64,000 bases of DNA from Ministeria vibrans ATCC 50519 (Eukaryota; Protista; Filasterea): contig CALSCP010002497.1 in NCBI GenBank assembly GCA_943704425.1, positions 128,798 to 192,797 of the forward strand, given 5' to 3'. The position numbers were made by a program, and so were the translations under genes. Below are positions 1 through 11,880 of this stretch, piece after piece. The notes under the pieces were generated by a model. The model ran no database searches, was not told where the DNA came from, and worked only from the letters and a program-made list of their open reading frames with translations. Each line of letters starts with the position of its first letter. The first letter of the stretch is position 1.

Positions 1-2690
1 TCAGCTTGTCGACAGCAGACGCCGACAAACGTCCAGGCGGCGGCGCGGTCGTTGCGCCTGATGTCCTCCGACGCAAAGCGTACGTTGTGTCCCTCTCCCC
101 TAAAAACCCCTTTTGCGCCCTTGTCCTTGGCCCTATCGCCCTCCCTTTGGCCCCATTGAATCCTGCATGTTGCCGTGTGCGCTGCTGTTGCAACCCCGGC
201 GCGGATTTCAATTGTTTAAATGAGTTATTGAAAAGTGAAAAAAAAAAGTTTTTTTTTTTAATGATTATCTTATTCCTCTCCTTTCTCTGCTCCACAGCGA
301 TTGTGACGCTTGATGTCACCAACGACGGCATTGCCATTGTCCGCATCAACGATACCTCTGCCAAAATGAACACGCTCAACGCGCAGCTGTCGGGTAAGAA
401 GTGTCTCTGTCAGCGAAACAATCTCCTTTTTTTCTGATGCACTCACACTCACACACACGCACTGTCGCAGGTGAGTTTGCCGATGTGTTTGCCAAGATTG
501 AGGGCAACACGGCCATCAAGGCGGCAGTGCTGATTTCGGGCAAGCCCGATTGCTTTATTGCGGGCGCAGACATTTCCATGCTGGCCGAGGCCAAGGATGG
601 CGCTGCAGTGGAGGCGCTCAGTCGCAACGGACAGAACCTGTTGAACCGTCTTTCGGCGTCGCGCCCCGTTGTCGCCGCCATCAGCGGCGCTTGCATGGGT
701 GGTGGTCTTGAGGTGGCCCTTGCGTGTACGTACCGTGTGGCGGCAAACACGCCCAAGACCTCCATGGCCGTGCCCGAGGTCATGCTCGGTCTGTTGCCTG
801 GTGCGGGCGGCACACAGCGCCTGCCGCGACTTGTGGGCCTGCCCAATGCGCTTGACATGATGCTTACGGGCAAGAACATTCGTGCGCAAAAGGCACGCAA
901 GATGGGCCTTGTGGACGCGGTGGTGGAGCCGCTTGGTCCCGGTCTGCGCGAGCCGGCCGACAGCACCCTCCAGTACCTCGAGTCGGTGGCGGTGGACGCG
1001 GCACGTGGTCTTGCACAAGGCTCGCTCAAGGTGTCGCGCGAAAATTCGTTGCTTTCGCTCAAGGGTATGCAACGCTACCTCACCGAGGACTTTTCGTACG
1101 GCCGCGACTTTGTGCTCAACACGGCACGCAAGACGGTGCTCAAAAAGACGCTGGGGAACTACCCGGCGCCGCTCAAGATCATCGACGTGGTCGGCGCGGG
1201 TTTGTCGGGCGGCATGCAGGCGGGTCTCGAGGCCGAGGCGCGAGGCTTTGGCGAGCTGAGCGAGACGTCGCAGAGCAAAGCGCTCATTTCGCTCTTCTTT
1301 GGCCAGAAAAAGTGCCAGAAGAACGAGTTTGGTGTGCCGGCAAAGAAGTCGCAAAATATTGCAGTGCTGGGCGCAGGTTTGATGGGCGCGGGGGTGGCGC
1401 AGGTGTCGTTGCAGCGCAAGTTTGATGTGTTCCTCAAGGACACGACGAGCGACGGCGTCGGTCGCGGCCTCAAGCAAATCTACGGGAATCTGTCGACGGA
1501 CGTGAAGAAGAAGAAGTTGACGACCTTTGAGCGTGATGCTCTCATTTCATCGCACCTCACGACCTCCACCGAGTTTGACGCGGGCTTCCGTAACGCCGAC
1601 ATGGTCATCGAGGCGGTCTTTGAGGATCTCGAGCTGAAGAAGCGCATTGTGAAGCAGGTCGAGCAGATTACACGCCCCGACTGCATCTTTGCCAGCAACA
1701 CATCGGCACTGCCCATCCGCGACATTGCGGCGGCGTCGTCGCGCCCCGATAAGGTCGTCGGCATGCACTACTTCTCGCCAGTCGACAAGATGCCATTGCT
1801 CGAGGTGATTAAGACGGACGCGACAAGCAAGGACACGCTCGCGGCCGCCGTTGACGTGGGCCTGCGCCAGGGCAAGACAGTGATCGTCGTCGGTGACGGT
1901 CCCGGCTTTTTCACGACACGCATCCTCAGTCCCATGCTGGCCGACGCCATCACACTCATGGCCGAGGGCGTCGACTTCCACCGCATGGACAAGGTCATGC
2001 AGAAGTTTGGGTTTCCCGTGGGCCCGGCAACGCTCGCCGACGAGGTCGGCCTCGACGTCGGCTTCAAGATTGCCAAGTACCTTAACAAGGCGTTTGCCGA
2101 GCGTCTCGACAAGGAGGCGGCGGCACGTGGCACAGCCGTTCTCGGCGACATGACGGCGAGCAACTTTCTGGGGCGCAAGAGCGGCAACGGTCTGTACAAG
2201 TGGGGCGAGCGCGTGCGTGGCAAGAAGGTCATCAACGAGGGCGCCGTCGCCATCCTCAAGAAGCAGGGCCTTGCTGACCGCAGCGCCAACATCACTGACG
2301 AGGAGATCCAGCTGCGTCTTGCCTCTCTCATGGCCAACGAGTCCGTCCACTGTCTGCAAGAGGGCATTCTCTCGTCGCCCGTCGATGGAGGTACATCAAA
2401 GAGAGAAGAGAAACGATGGGTGTGAGAAATGATTTTTAATCAACGATGGGTGTGAGGTGATTCTTAATCACATACTAATATGACGACGACGTTTGCTCAT
2501 AGACATTGGCGCTGTGTTTGGTCTGGGCTTCCCTCCGCAGACGGGCGGTCCCTTCCGCTGGATTGACACGTACGGCGCGGCCAAGCTCGTCGCTCGTATG
2601 GACGAGTTTGCTGCTGCCCATGGAAAGCACTTTGAGCCGGCTCAGATGCTGCGTGATCTCGCTGCGTCCGGCGGCAAGTTCCACAAATGA
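1..2690 (+). CDS. HADHA: Mitochondrial trifunctional enzyme alpha subunit (enoyl-CoA hydratase/3-hydroxyacyl-CoA dehydrogenase), 5' truncated by window edge, multi-exon
   Basis: Crotonase motifs ([37 protein letters not shown]), Rossmann [28 protein letters not shown]; last exon [12 protein letters not shown]; GT-AG introns at ~394-470 and 2391-2502. Confidence 0.95.
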
Positions 2691-2764
2691 AACCCTCTCT
2701 TTTCTTGATAATTTTTTGAAAACAATAATAATGACTATAATAATATTATTATTTGATGTATGAT

Positions 2765-3426
2765 TCAATATTCTGCCCCAAGATTATGCTTTTCGTTCCA
2801 CAAGAGCCAACTTCCTTTGTAGTTGCGGGTTCTACAGAAAGCACACAACAAGAAACCCCGAAGGTGACAGTTAGTGCATGGTTCCCATGGCACACAGGGG
2901 TACTTGAATCCGTGGGAGGCAGCAATAGCGCACGCTTGGTGTGATCGTACGCCGCTGCGACAGTACATGATGACCGTACAGCTCTCTGTAGGTTTTGGTC
3001 TATGAAAGGCTCTTCTCCAGTCGTCGTCGTGCCACTCATCAAATGCTGTTTCCACCTGACTGACTGAGAAGAGAAGAACCAAACAATAGCAAACCAGTGA
3101 AAACCAAAACTAATCAAACGACAATGGACGGCCCTCTTACGTGGAATGTTGATGCTTGAAGGAACCTTGCCGAGAGTGAGCTCTGCAGGCTCGCGCACGT
3201 CGATGACATAGACTTGATTTTCCTAAAAATCATAATAAGAAATAATTTCAATCACGCATATGAGTTTGCGGTCGTCGCGTACTCCCTGTCCGAGGCAAAC
3301 GAGCGTGTTGAACTCCGCAAAGGGCACATCTGGACCGATGGATCCGGTGGAGCTGTACAAGCGGCTCACCCGCGGCCGTACGGACACGCCAGTGCGCGCA
3401 ATATTGACACAGAGATTTCGAAGCAT
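2765..3426 (-). CDS. Single-domain rhodanese/thiosulfate sulfurtransferase (TSTD/Rdl-like), probable mitochondrial presequence, 4 exons
   Basis: Spliced product has IDVREPAEL..GKVPSSINIP, active-site YCRSGVRS and NYKGSWLLW; Arg/Ser-rich N-terminus. Confidence 0.9.
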
Positions 3427-3687
3427 TGCGAGAGCCGGACTGACTGTTGAGCGTGTGAGTGAGTGTATATGTGGAGATGTAGGGATGTGGTAGCTTGCAG
3501 CGGGGAGTCGTGGACTGGATGACTAATAATTATTATTATTATTAGGAATAACTTAAGTGTAACTCATTGTCAAGTGTACTGCTCAAGGAGATAAAGGTAC
3601 AATATAAATTACTACAATGAAGAGACATAAACAAACTATTAAGAATGACTTCAAACTTCAATATGTTATTTTACATACAAAGACGGG

Positions 3688-6004
3688 TTAGTAGAGCCAT
3701 GAGTGGTTGGGGCGCGTCGAGGACCCTGCTTGCCTTCGCATGGAGAGGTCTTTGCTAAAGAGAGGATGATCAAAATCGTTAACAATGATCACGGAGGGGG
3801 AGAGCACGTCGGGAATGTTGACGAGGGACGAGTCGAATTTGAAGGTATGAAAGAGCATAGCCTCAACCGTGCTGGTGGGGACAATAGCAACGCGACCGCC
3901 GAGAGTGGTGGAGTGGGCCGGGACGCCAGGAGTGTTGAGGCCGTAAGCCAAAAGAAGGTGCTCTCCCGAAGGGTGCAAACCAATACTGAGTTCGGTGCGG
4001 TTCATGTGGCGTGCACGGAAGCGAAAGAGACGCGATGTGGCAATATACTTGACCGTGGGACTGATTTTCTCGGATTTGCCGTCGTCCTGGTTGCTGTTGT
4101 CGCTCTGTTCCGTGTTGGGCTGTACACCAACGAGGAAGAAGAAGTGATAATGGAAGGGCTGACCGGTCGACGAAGCGTTAGTGCTGAGGTGGGCAATACC
4201 CAGGTAGCGTTGCATGGAGTCGTCGGCAGGGGCGCTGTCGGGCTTGGCGACGGGAATGGGCGTGCCGTGCATGTGCCAGGTACGTCGGTAGAGCTCGTGT
4301 TGAAGACAGAGCGACTGGTCCAGATGGAAGTAGGGATCAAGGTTGGAGCGAATGTGCTGCTTCTCTGTCGCAGCAAGCACGCAGGTCTCCTCAAAGGTAG
4401 TACGGTCGAGAATGGTGGTACTAGAGCGCCCAAAGGGCTCGTAAATGTACCGCGAGAGCTGTGAGAGCTGTTTGGTCGAGGGCAGACGCCACACTTTGGA
4501 GTCAAAGTCGTTAATCAGGTTGTCGGGAGCGGTCGCTTCGGCGAGAAAGCGGCGGTCTCGCGAGTCAACGCCGCCACAGGAGGAGACGCGAAAGGAGTCC
4601 TCGGTGGCAACCGGCGGCACGGTTGTGGTGAGGGGTCGGGTGAGCACATTGTAGGTGGGTACACTCGTGGGCACATCGGTGAGACGTACAATGTGCCGTT
4701 GGCCGCGGAAGGAAAATGAGGAGAGCTCGAGGACGGTGAATGGGCAGAGATGACGCACATAGGCAAACGAGCTGGGACCCGTCTGGATGTGGGTCCAGCC
4801 AAACTCGTGGTTGGATGGCGACTCAAAGGCGCCCATGTGGACGCTTTCGCCAAAGACGGGCCCCACATCCGGCATCGGCGTGTGAATATAGTAGCGTGGT
4901 GTCGTGTAATTGTGCCACATTCGCCAGCGGTTGATCTGTGCCGGCTCGGCAAGCGTTTCGTCGACACCCGCCTCGAGGGACGCCGCAACGCTGATGGGAA
5001 AGAAGAACTCGCGCTGCTTGCCGCACGTCGTCGACGACTTGATGTACATGCGGTCGTGGAACCAGAAAACGCCGATCGAATTGACCTGAAAACAAATATA
5101 CAAAAGAGTAATATATAAAAAACAACGGAGCTGTGAGCTAATAAGATGATACCTTTGCACAATGTGTTGTGAGAAGACGCATGTAGAGAAGGCGTCTTTC
5201 GTGGACCATGTCAAGGTCCATGTGACTGAGAGTCGATGGAGCAGAGTGGTATCCCGCGAGATGTGTCGTGAGGCCGTGTGGGACAAGCACACCCGTCTTG
5301 AGATGCATCAGGGCAACGGTGAGATCTTGAGGAGCGCTGTCATTGTTGCCTGTCTGGATGCGCCAGAAAAGAAAGACATAGCCGGGTAAGCGAGGGGCCG
5401 CCGTGAGGTAGGGTTCGGTAAAGAAGGGTTCGGGGGGCGACGGAAGACTGCGGTCGCAGCCTTGGTCGTTGGCGCGAGGAATGACCATCGCGGGGGGAGC
5501 CATGTCGCTGCAGACCATCTTCAGGTCGCTCAGCGGCGCAACGCCCAGATCGGGAATGCGGTGGGACAGCGGATGTTCAAGGGCTGGCGGCAGAAGCCTG
5601 CGTAGGTTAGCCTCGTGATGGCGCTGCGCTTCCGTTTCGAGAGCGAGACGCTGATCAACAATAATTAATGGATAAAAGGGAGAAGAAAAAAGGATGTCAC
5701 AATGTCAAAATACTGCGCAGTCGCTACAAAAGCGCTTTTCCTTACAAGTGTGCGTTGGACGTTGGTCTCAATCTCCACAGGGCGGGTTTTCGCGTTTTTA
5801 TATGCCAAAAGTACGCTGGAAAAGAGAGGAGTTCAGAGATCGAGAGAGATAAGACAATGTGTATCATCAATGAGTCACTCACTGTGGCACGTGCACGCCC
5901 CGCTTGTGCTCGTCGCGCTCCCTTCCAGAGCTGTGCCAGAAAAACCCCGTCGAAAGGATTCCGATCAACACCATCAGCACCACCATTTGGCGCTGACGAC
6001 TCAT
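3688..6004 (-). CDS. Type II membrane protein with a putative five-bladed beta-propeller glycosidase/glycosyltransferase-like domain, 4 exons
   Basis: Exon 1 MSRQRQMVVLMVLIGILSTGFFW is a signal anchor; phase-consistent introns; blade-like motifs HGTPIPV, RYLGIAH..YHFFF, LLLAYG. Confidence 0.55.
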
Positions 6005-6123
6005 TTTGTGGAAACTGAAAAAAATTCTGAAATCTGATCATATTTTTCTGATTTCACACAGAGAGACTTTTGACTTTTTTGAGGTTCCACTTTTCAGTGA
6101 GTTTTCACTTCTTTTGTTTTGTA

Positions 6124-6307
6124 ATGAACCGTGGAGCTTTTATCCTGTTTGAAGGATTGGATCGATGTGGAAAGGTTCGAAGGCGAGAAGGATAAAGGGA
6201 CAACTCTCTGATGTTATGTTTTCAGAGTACGCAAACGCGTCGTTTGGTACAAGCGCTCAATGACCAGGGCATCAAGGCATCGCTCTCTGTGTTCCCAGGT
6301 GAGAGAG

Positions 6308-6344
<37 letters not shown>

Positions 6345-6503
6345 GATGTTCACTGCGTCCAAATATCTCTCACAATAATGTCGAACCATTGCAGACCGTA
6401 CAACAATGATTGGGCAGATGATCAATCAGTATCTTCAGAGCAAAGTGAACATGGCCGACGAAGCCATCCACCTCTTCTTCTCCTTGAATCGCTGGGAGGC
6501 CTT
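6124..6503 (+). CDS. DTYMK: Thymidylate (dTMP) kinase, exons 1-3 (5' half)
   Basis: Exons 6124-6174, 6226-6298, 6395-6503 give MNRGAFILFEGLDRCGKSTQ...FPDRTTMIGQMI...IHLFFSLNRWEA; ends at a phase-2 GT donor at 6504; not in the ORF track. Confidence 0.93.
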
Positions 6504-6510
6504 GTACGAA

Positions 6511-6514
<4 letters not shown>

Positions 6515-6593
<79 letters not shown>

Positions 6594-6612
6594 TGTGTGT
6601 ATGTGTGTGTGT
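6515..6612. repeat. (GA)n followed by (GT)n microsatellite
   Basis: Direct read; lies immediately after the DTYMK exon-3 donor. Confidence 0.98.
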
Positions 6613-6692
6613 CGGTGAATCGTTGTATTAAACAAACAGAGAAGATGTCTCTCTCATTTTTTTCTTCATCAATCATTTTTTGTAACTTTTGT

Positions 6693-8298
6693 ATGATCCG
6701 AATCAACAAGGCGGTCACCATCACTGTTGTGGTGGGCGTCGCCTTCGTTCTCTTCAACATCGGATATTATTACCAGAGCACCGAATGGGAACATGTACAA
6801 TACACATTTGGCAACCTCTCATTAGCCATCGATCGTGACGCCTCCTCTCCCCTCCTCTCCTTTGTCTGATGCTGTAGCGCCGCCAACAGGAAGTGCTGCA
6901 AATGAGAAAGGCACTGGACGACATTCAAAGAGAACAAGACTCGTTGCGTACGACACACTCACCTGAACGCACGTCCAGCGACAGCCCACTCACAGGCCTT
7001 TCCCTCATGTATAGACCGCACCGCTAATCTTGTCGATGCCACCAACCCCGATGCAAAGGTCGATCTGAATGCGATCCAACAGCTCGAAAGCAAAGTGCGT
7101 CTTGAAAAACTCAGAGGTAGCGAAACGCTTTCTTTCCCGTCCTCCCATGAGCTCATCTGCTCCTTCTCCTTCTCCTTCTTCCTCTGTATCAGCGGATACT
7201 GCGCTGTTGGAGCTTGAAACGCTAAAGCAACGCGGAGAAGCAGAAGTGGCAAAGGCAGCAACGCAACCTGACACGGCACACTCCGATCGCATTCCCGTGC
7301 TGGTCATGTCGTGCAACCGGGTCGAGATCCGTCGCTGTGTGGCTGCGCTGCTTCAGCATCGACCGAGTCACCGGTTTCCCATCATTGTTAGTCAGGACTG
7401 TGGCGATGCCAAGACGCGCAGTGTGATTCGCGACGAGTTTGGCGCGCAGGTGACGCTGCTCGAGCAGCCCGATCTCAGCAAGATTTCGGTTGAGCAACGC
7501 TTCCTGCAGTTTACCGGCTACTACAACATTGCGCGACACTACCGCTGGGCGCTTTCGCAAGTGTTCGACGTGCTCTTCTACTCGGCGGTGATCATTGTCG
7601 AGGACGACCTTGAGATTGCACCCGACTTTTTTGACTACTTTGCAGCTACACGTCCCCTTCTCGACCAAGATGACACTCTCATGGCCGTCTCGGCCTGGAA
7701 CGACAACGGCAACGACGAGTTTGTCCAATCGCCGACGCGCCTTTATCGCTCCGACTTCTTTCCGGGCCTCGGCTGGATGCTCACGTCGCGACTGTGGGCC
7801 GAGCTCGCCCCTAAATGGCCCAAGTCCTTCTGGGACGACTGGCTGCGCGAGCCGGCTCAGCGCAAAGGGCGCTCTTTCATTCGCCCTGAAATCTCGCGTG
7901 TGAGCAACTTTGGACGTGTTGGCGTGAGCAAAGGACAGTATTTTGACGCACACGTCGGGCGCATCCAGCACGTGCGCGAGCCAGTGCCCTTTCTCACTCT
8001 CAACTTGGACTATCTGCTCAAGGACCGCTATGACCCTGCCTTTCACTCGGCCGTCTACGCCGCACGCACCGTCAGTCTTGCACAGGCTCGCGCCGACTCC
8101 ACATCGACCGACGACATCCGCATTACATACACGACGGACCGTGAGCTGGCACACCTCGAGAAACAGCTGGGGCTCATGGACGACGTCAAGGCGGGCGTTG
8201 CGCGCACCGCCTACCGCGGTGTTGTCACATTCTACCTCAACAAGAAGCGTCGCGTCTTTCTTGCCCCTCCTGAGTCATGGTCTGGCTATGCGCAGTAA
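6693..8298 (+). CDS. MGAT1: Alpha-1,3-mannosyl-glycoprotein 2-beta-N-acetylglucosaminyltransferase (GnT-I, GT13), multi-exon
   Basis: N-terminal TM anchor; IIVSQDCG, YYNIARHYRWAL, IIVEDDLEIAPDFFDYF, VSAWNDNG, YRSDFFPGLGWML, FWDDWLR, IRPEISR. Confidence 0.96.
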
Positions 8299-8405
8299 CA
8301 GTAGTATATTATAGTATAAAATAATAAAGACATGCGATAAGAGAGGGTGTTTGTGTATTGAAAAAAGGTTAATAATGTAATAATTGATATGACGTATTAT
8401 GTGGC

Positions 8406-10387
8406 TCAGTCGTCGGCAAACTCGTCGACTTCGTCCACGCCATCGTCGTCGTCGGCCATGGCGCGGCGGCGCACGTCGAGAATCTGGCCAATAGAACCCT
8501 TGGCGAGCAGTGCACCCATGGACCGTGTGAGACTGTCAGCGGGGGACTCGGTGCTGCCCGAGGCAGGTGAGGCTTTGTTGGAGGACACCTGCTTGAGACC
8601 CTTGCGTGCACTGGCGAGACTGGCTGGCGAGAACATCCCCGAACTGCTGGTGGTGGTGGCACTCGAAGCGGCAGGTGGGGAAGCAGAACGGGCAGTGACC
8701 TTGGATGCAACGGAAGCAGGCGTTTTACTGGAAGCACTGTCCATGCTCATAGTCGGAGGTGGAGGCGGAGGCAGGGGCGCTGACGGGGGCGGGGGCGGAG
8801 GAAGAGGCGCTGACGGAGGAGGTGGCGGAGCAGCTTCATCCTCGGTGGTTGTTGACGTGACTGCATTCTTCTTCTTCGTTTTGGTGGACGCTCGTGTTGT
8901 CGCTGCAGTCGTCTTCTTTTTCACGCTTTTCTTCACCACTTCGACTACTTCTTCCTCCGATGATTCCTCCTCTTCCTCGCGTTCATGTTCGTCCTCCTCA
9001 TCCTCTTTGTCGCTCTCATCTGCGTCCAGTACTCCGCGCCAGGCCGGTCGCGCGTTGTAGCGAGCGCAAATATCGTCTGCGTCGGACAGGAAGCTCGACA
9101 CGGATGTCTCACGCACCGCACTTGCAGTGGACGCCGCTGGCGTCGATGTCGTCGTCTGCTGCGCCTTGCCTCGCCACGGCTTTTCGGGACTCGAGCGACG
9201 ACGGGCCTGCTTGCGTCGCTCCTCTTCCTCTTCCTCCTTGCGTCGCTTCTGCTCGTTCTGTTCCTTGCGGAAACGTGCGACGCGCTGTCGTGTCAGTTTG
9301 AGTGCCTCTTGTTGCTTCATGACGGCAAGTTGCTGCTCGCGCTGGCGTGCCTCGCGTGTCCGTTGTATCTTACTGTGCTCCGCATCGTGGCGTGCCTTGT
9401 CGCGAATGGCCTTGTACCGTGCGTCAATATCGCGGCTGAGACTATCACATGTGTCGCGGGCCTTGGCCAGCTCACGTGTGAGCTCCTCCTCGCGCGCACA
9501 CGCCTCTTGGAACATCTTGCGTGTGTGGTCCGTTGCAGAGGCTGCCATGAGCACGCTGTTGGTGCCGTCACGGAAGCGACCGGCGCCGCCCATGCTGCTG
9601 TTGACAAGGGTCGAGCCGGAGCCCGAGAGAGTCAGTGACGACATGAGCATCGACGAGTGTCCAGCCCCATTATTGACATTGTAGCGACGCGACGGATCCA
9701 ACTGTCGCTTGCGACACCGCGCCGCATTCAACTTGCTCGTCAGGTGGTCCGCCACCGACTGCCAGAGGGTTCGTCGCGCGTTGAGTTCGCGACCAAAAGC
9801 ATTCTCCTGCGCCTCGACAAAGCCCTGCAAGAGCTTCCCGTTGGTGCAGGTGCTCACAAGGCGATGAGCCTTGGCAACCGCATCGCGTTCGCGACGCACT
9901 CGCAGCTTGAGCGTCTCCTGGTGCGTGCGTGCGTGCACATCGTGCAGTCTCTCGTGCGTCACCAAGAGCGCCTCGTGTGACGACAGAATGGTGCCGTTGG
10001 TCAGGTCGCTGACCTCGTCGAAGAGCGGCAGGAGATTGCTGGTGCGGTCGCGCACGTTGCACGCTTCACTTTCGAGCTGCTGCAGGTCTTCTTCGGCGCG
10101 CGAATCAAACCGTTTTGAGTCGCGAATGGCCGCAACCGCCCGCTCAATGCGTCCCACCTGATCATCGGACAACTCCGTCACGGCCTCCACCAGCTGCTGT
10201 GTCATACTGGCGGGGTCCCGTCGCTGTCGTCGGTCCTCACCTCGTCGTCGTGTCGCTACTGATTTTCTGCCGCTACCCTGACCAAAGGCCCGCTGCTCTT
10301 CTTCTGGACAGCTGCTTGCGTCCGAGTCGGTTTCGTCGTCGTCGGTCACAATCTGATTCTCGCTGTCGTATCCTTGGTGGTGGGGTT

Positions 10388-10425
<38 letters not shown>

Positions 10426-11407
10426 GCGGCGTCGTGCTTCTTACTATTTTGTTGATCATCATTGTCTTCGTCGCCTTCGTCGTCTTCGTCGTCGTCGGTG
10501 GGTCGCGACTTGCCGTAGAGGGAACGCTTTTGAGTGAACAGGCGCAATTGTTCGGTGAGTGTGACGACAGTGTCGGCGAGCGTCATTAGACGGTACTGAT
10601 GCTCCGACATGGTGAGGGTACTCTTGCCAAGCAGTTGTTCCTCGTCGAGGTGCCCCTGAAGCAACACATCGACAACGACGGCCGGTTGTTGCGCGAGCGC
10701 ACAAGAAATATACGAGGCGACTTTGGCGCACAAAGCGGCCACGGTCGACGATGACGAAAACATCCACATCAGCCGTCCCCACGGCAGCGACGGCATAGCC
10801 AAGTCACCGGGAAGCGCTTCGCCATATATCTCCTCAATGCAGCGCGAGAGGGTGTGCAAGGTGGAGAAGGAGCAGTCGCAGTCAAGCGAGCTGGGCAAGC
10901 ACGACGACCCTGCCAATTCGTCGTCCTGCGCCGCCCCCCCGCCCCCGTCATGTCGACTCGATCCTCCATGTCCGCCGTTTGCGCTCGGCGTGGCTGTGCG
11001 AGGACTGCGGCTTGCGCTACCGTTCGGTTCCTCTTGGCGGAAATCGAGTTGAAGTTCGGCAAAATGGACGCAAAAACCACCAAATCCTATGCGAACGGGA
11101 GAGGAGGGGAAAGTGGCACATCAGACACCACCAATAAAGCCCCCATTGCTCCGTATTGTTTTTTTTTTCTCTCTCTTGATTCTTTTTTCTTTCTTGGGTC
11201 GAACGGGATTTTTCCCGAAGAAAACTTCCCGTCCAAAAAAACGTCTTTTCACGACAATAAAAGTCGCGGCAACCCAACTAGACGATGCACACCCAACCAC
11301 ATACCTCCATGGCGACTCCACGGCGTGACGGAGACGGTTGCGCGCTGAATTGGCGCGTCAGTCACCTCTGGCTCCAGCACCGCCTCGAAGTTGTCCGTGT
11401 CACTCAT
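8406..11407 (-). CDS. WHAMM/JMY-like actin nucleation-promoting factor (N-domain, coiled coil, polyproline, WH2-C-A), 2 exons
   Basis: Exons 11407-11305 and 11086-8406 join in phase 1; N-region SFSTL..MPSLP..MW..LCAKVASYI resembles the WHAMM/JMY N-domain; C-terminus has polyproline, LASARKGLKQV (WH2), IGQILDVRRRAM (C) and an acidic tail. Confidence 0.7.
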
Positions 11408-11623
11408 ATTTGATACGTGCTATTGTTGAATTGAAAGGGCAAAAGATGCTCGTGAAAGAAAATTTAATGAATTTTGTTGAATGAAAGAATAAAAAAATCA
11501 AAACTCACAAAAGTGTCAAAGTATTATTATTAACTATTTTTGTGAAATTTCTGAATAGAAATTATTTTTGATTGATCTGGTCATCCAGCACGTCGACAAG
11601 TGACTCGTATACACTGTGCAGGG

Positions 11624-11826
11624 ATGTCACGACGGCCCCCGGGGAACACGTCGCGGGTGCGTGCCGAGGCGTTGTCGCGTTCGCTCAAAGTCAACAGTGG
11701 ATCAGTGCCTGCGCTGAGTCGCCCACATTCGCGGACGTGGAGCCACAACGGCGCCAAGTACAAGGAAGGTGCGCCTGGCGATATCATCACGGGAGTTATC
11801 GTTCTTTTTTTGTCGAACAGTCAACG

Positions 11827-11880
<54 letters not shown>

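Noticed and set aside
449-2367. Long antisense and alternative-frame ORFs over HADHA and other genes (e.g. 14537-15847, 37528-38892, 52671-53711)
   Set aside because: Shadow ORFs expected from GC-rich codon usage; no recognisable domains
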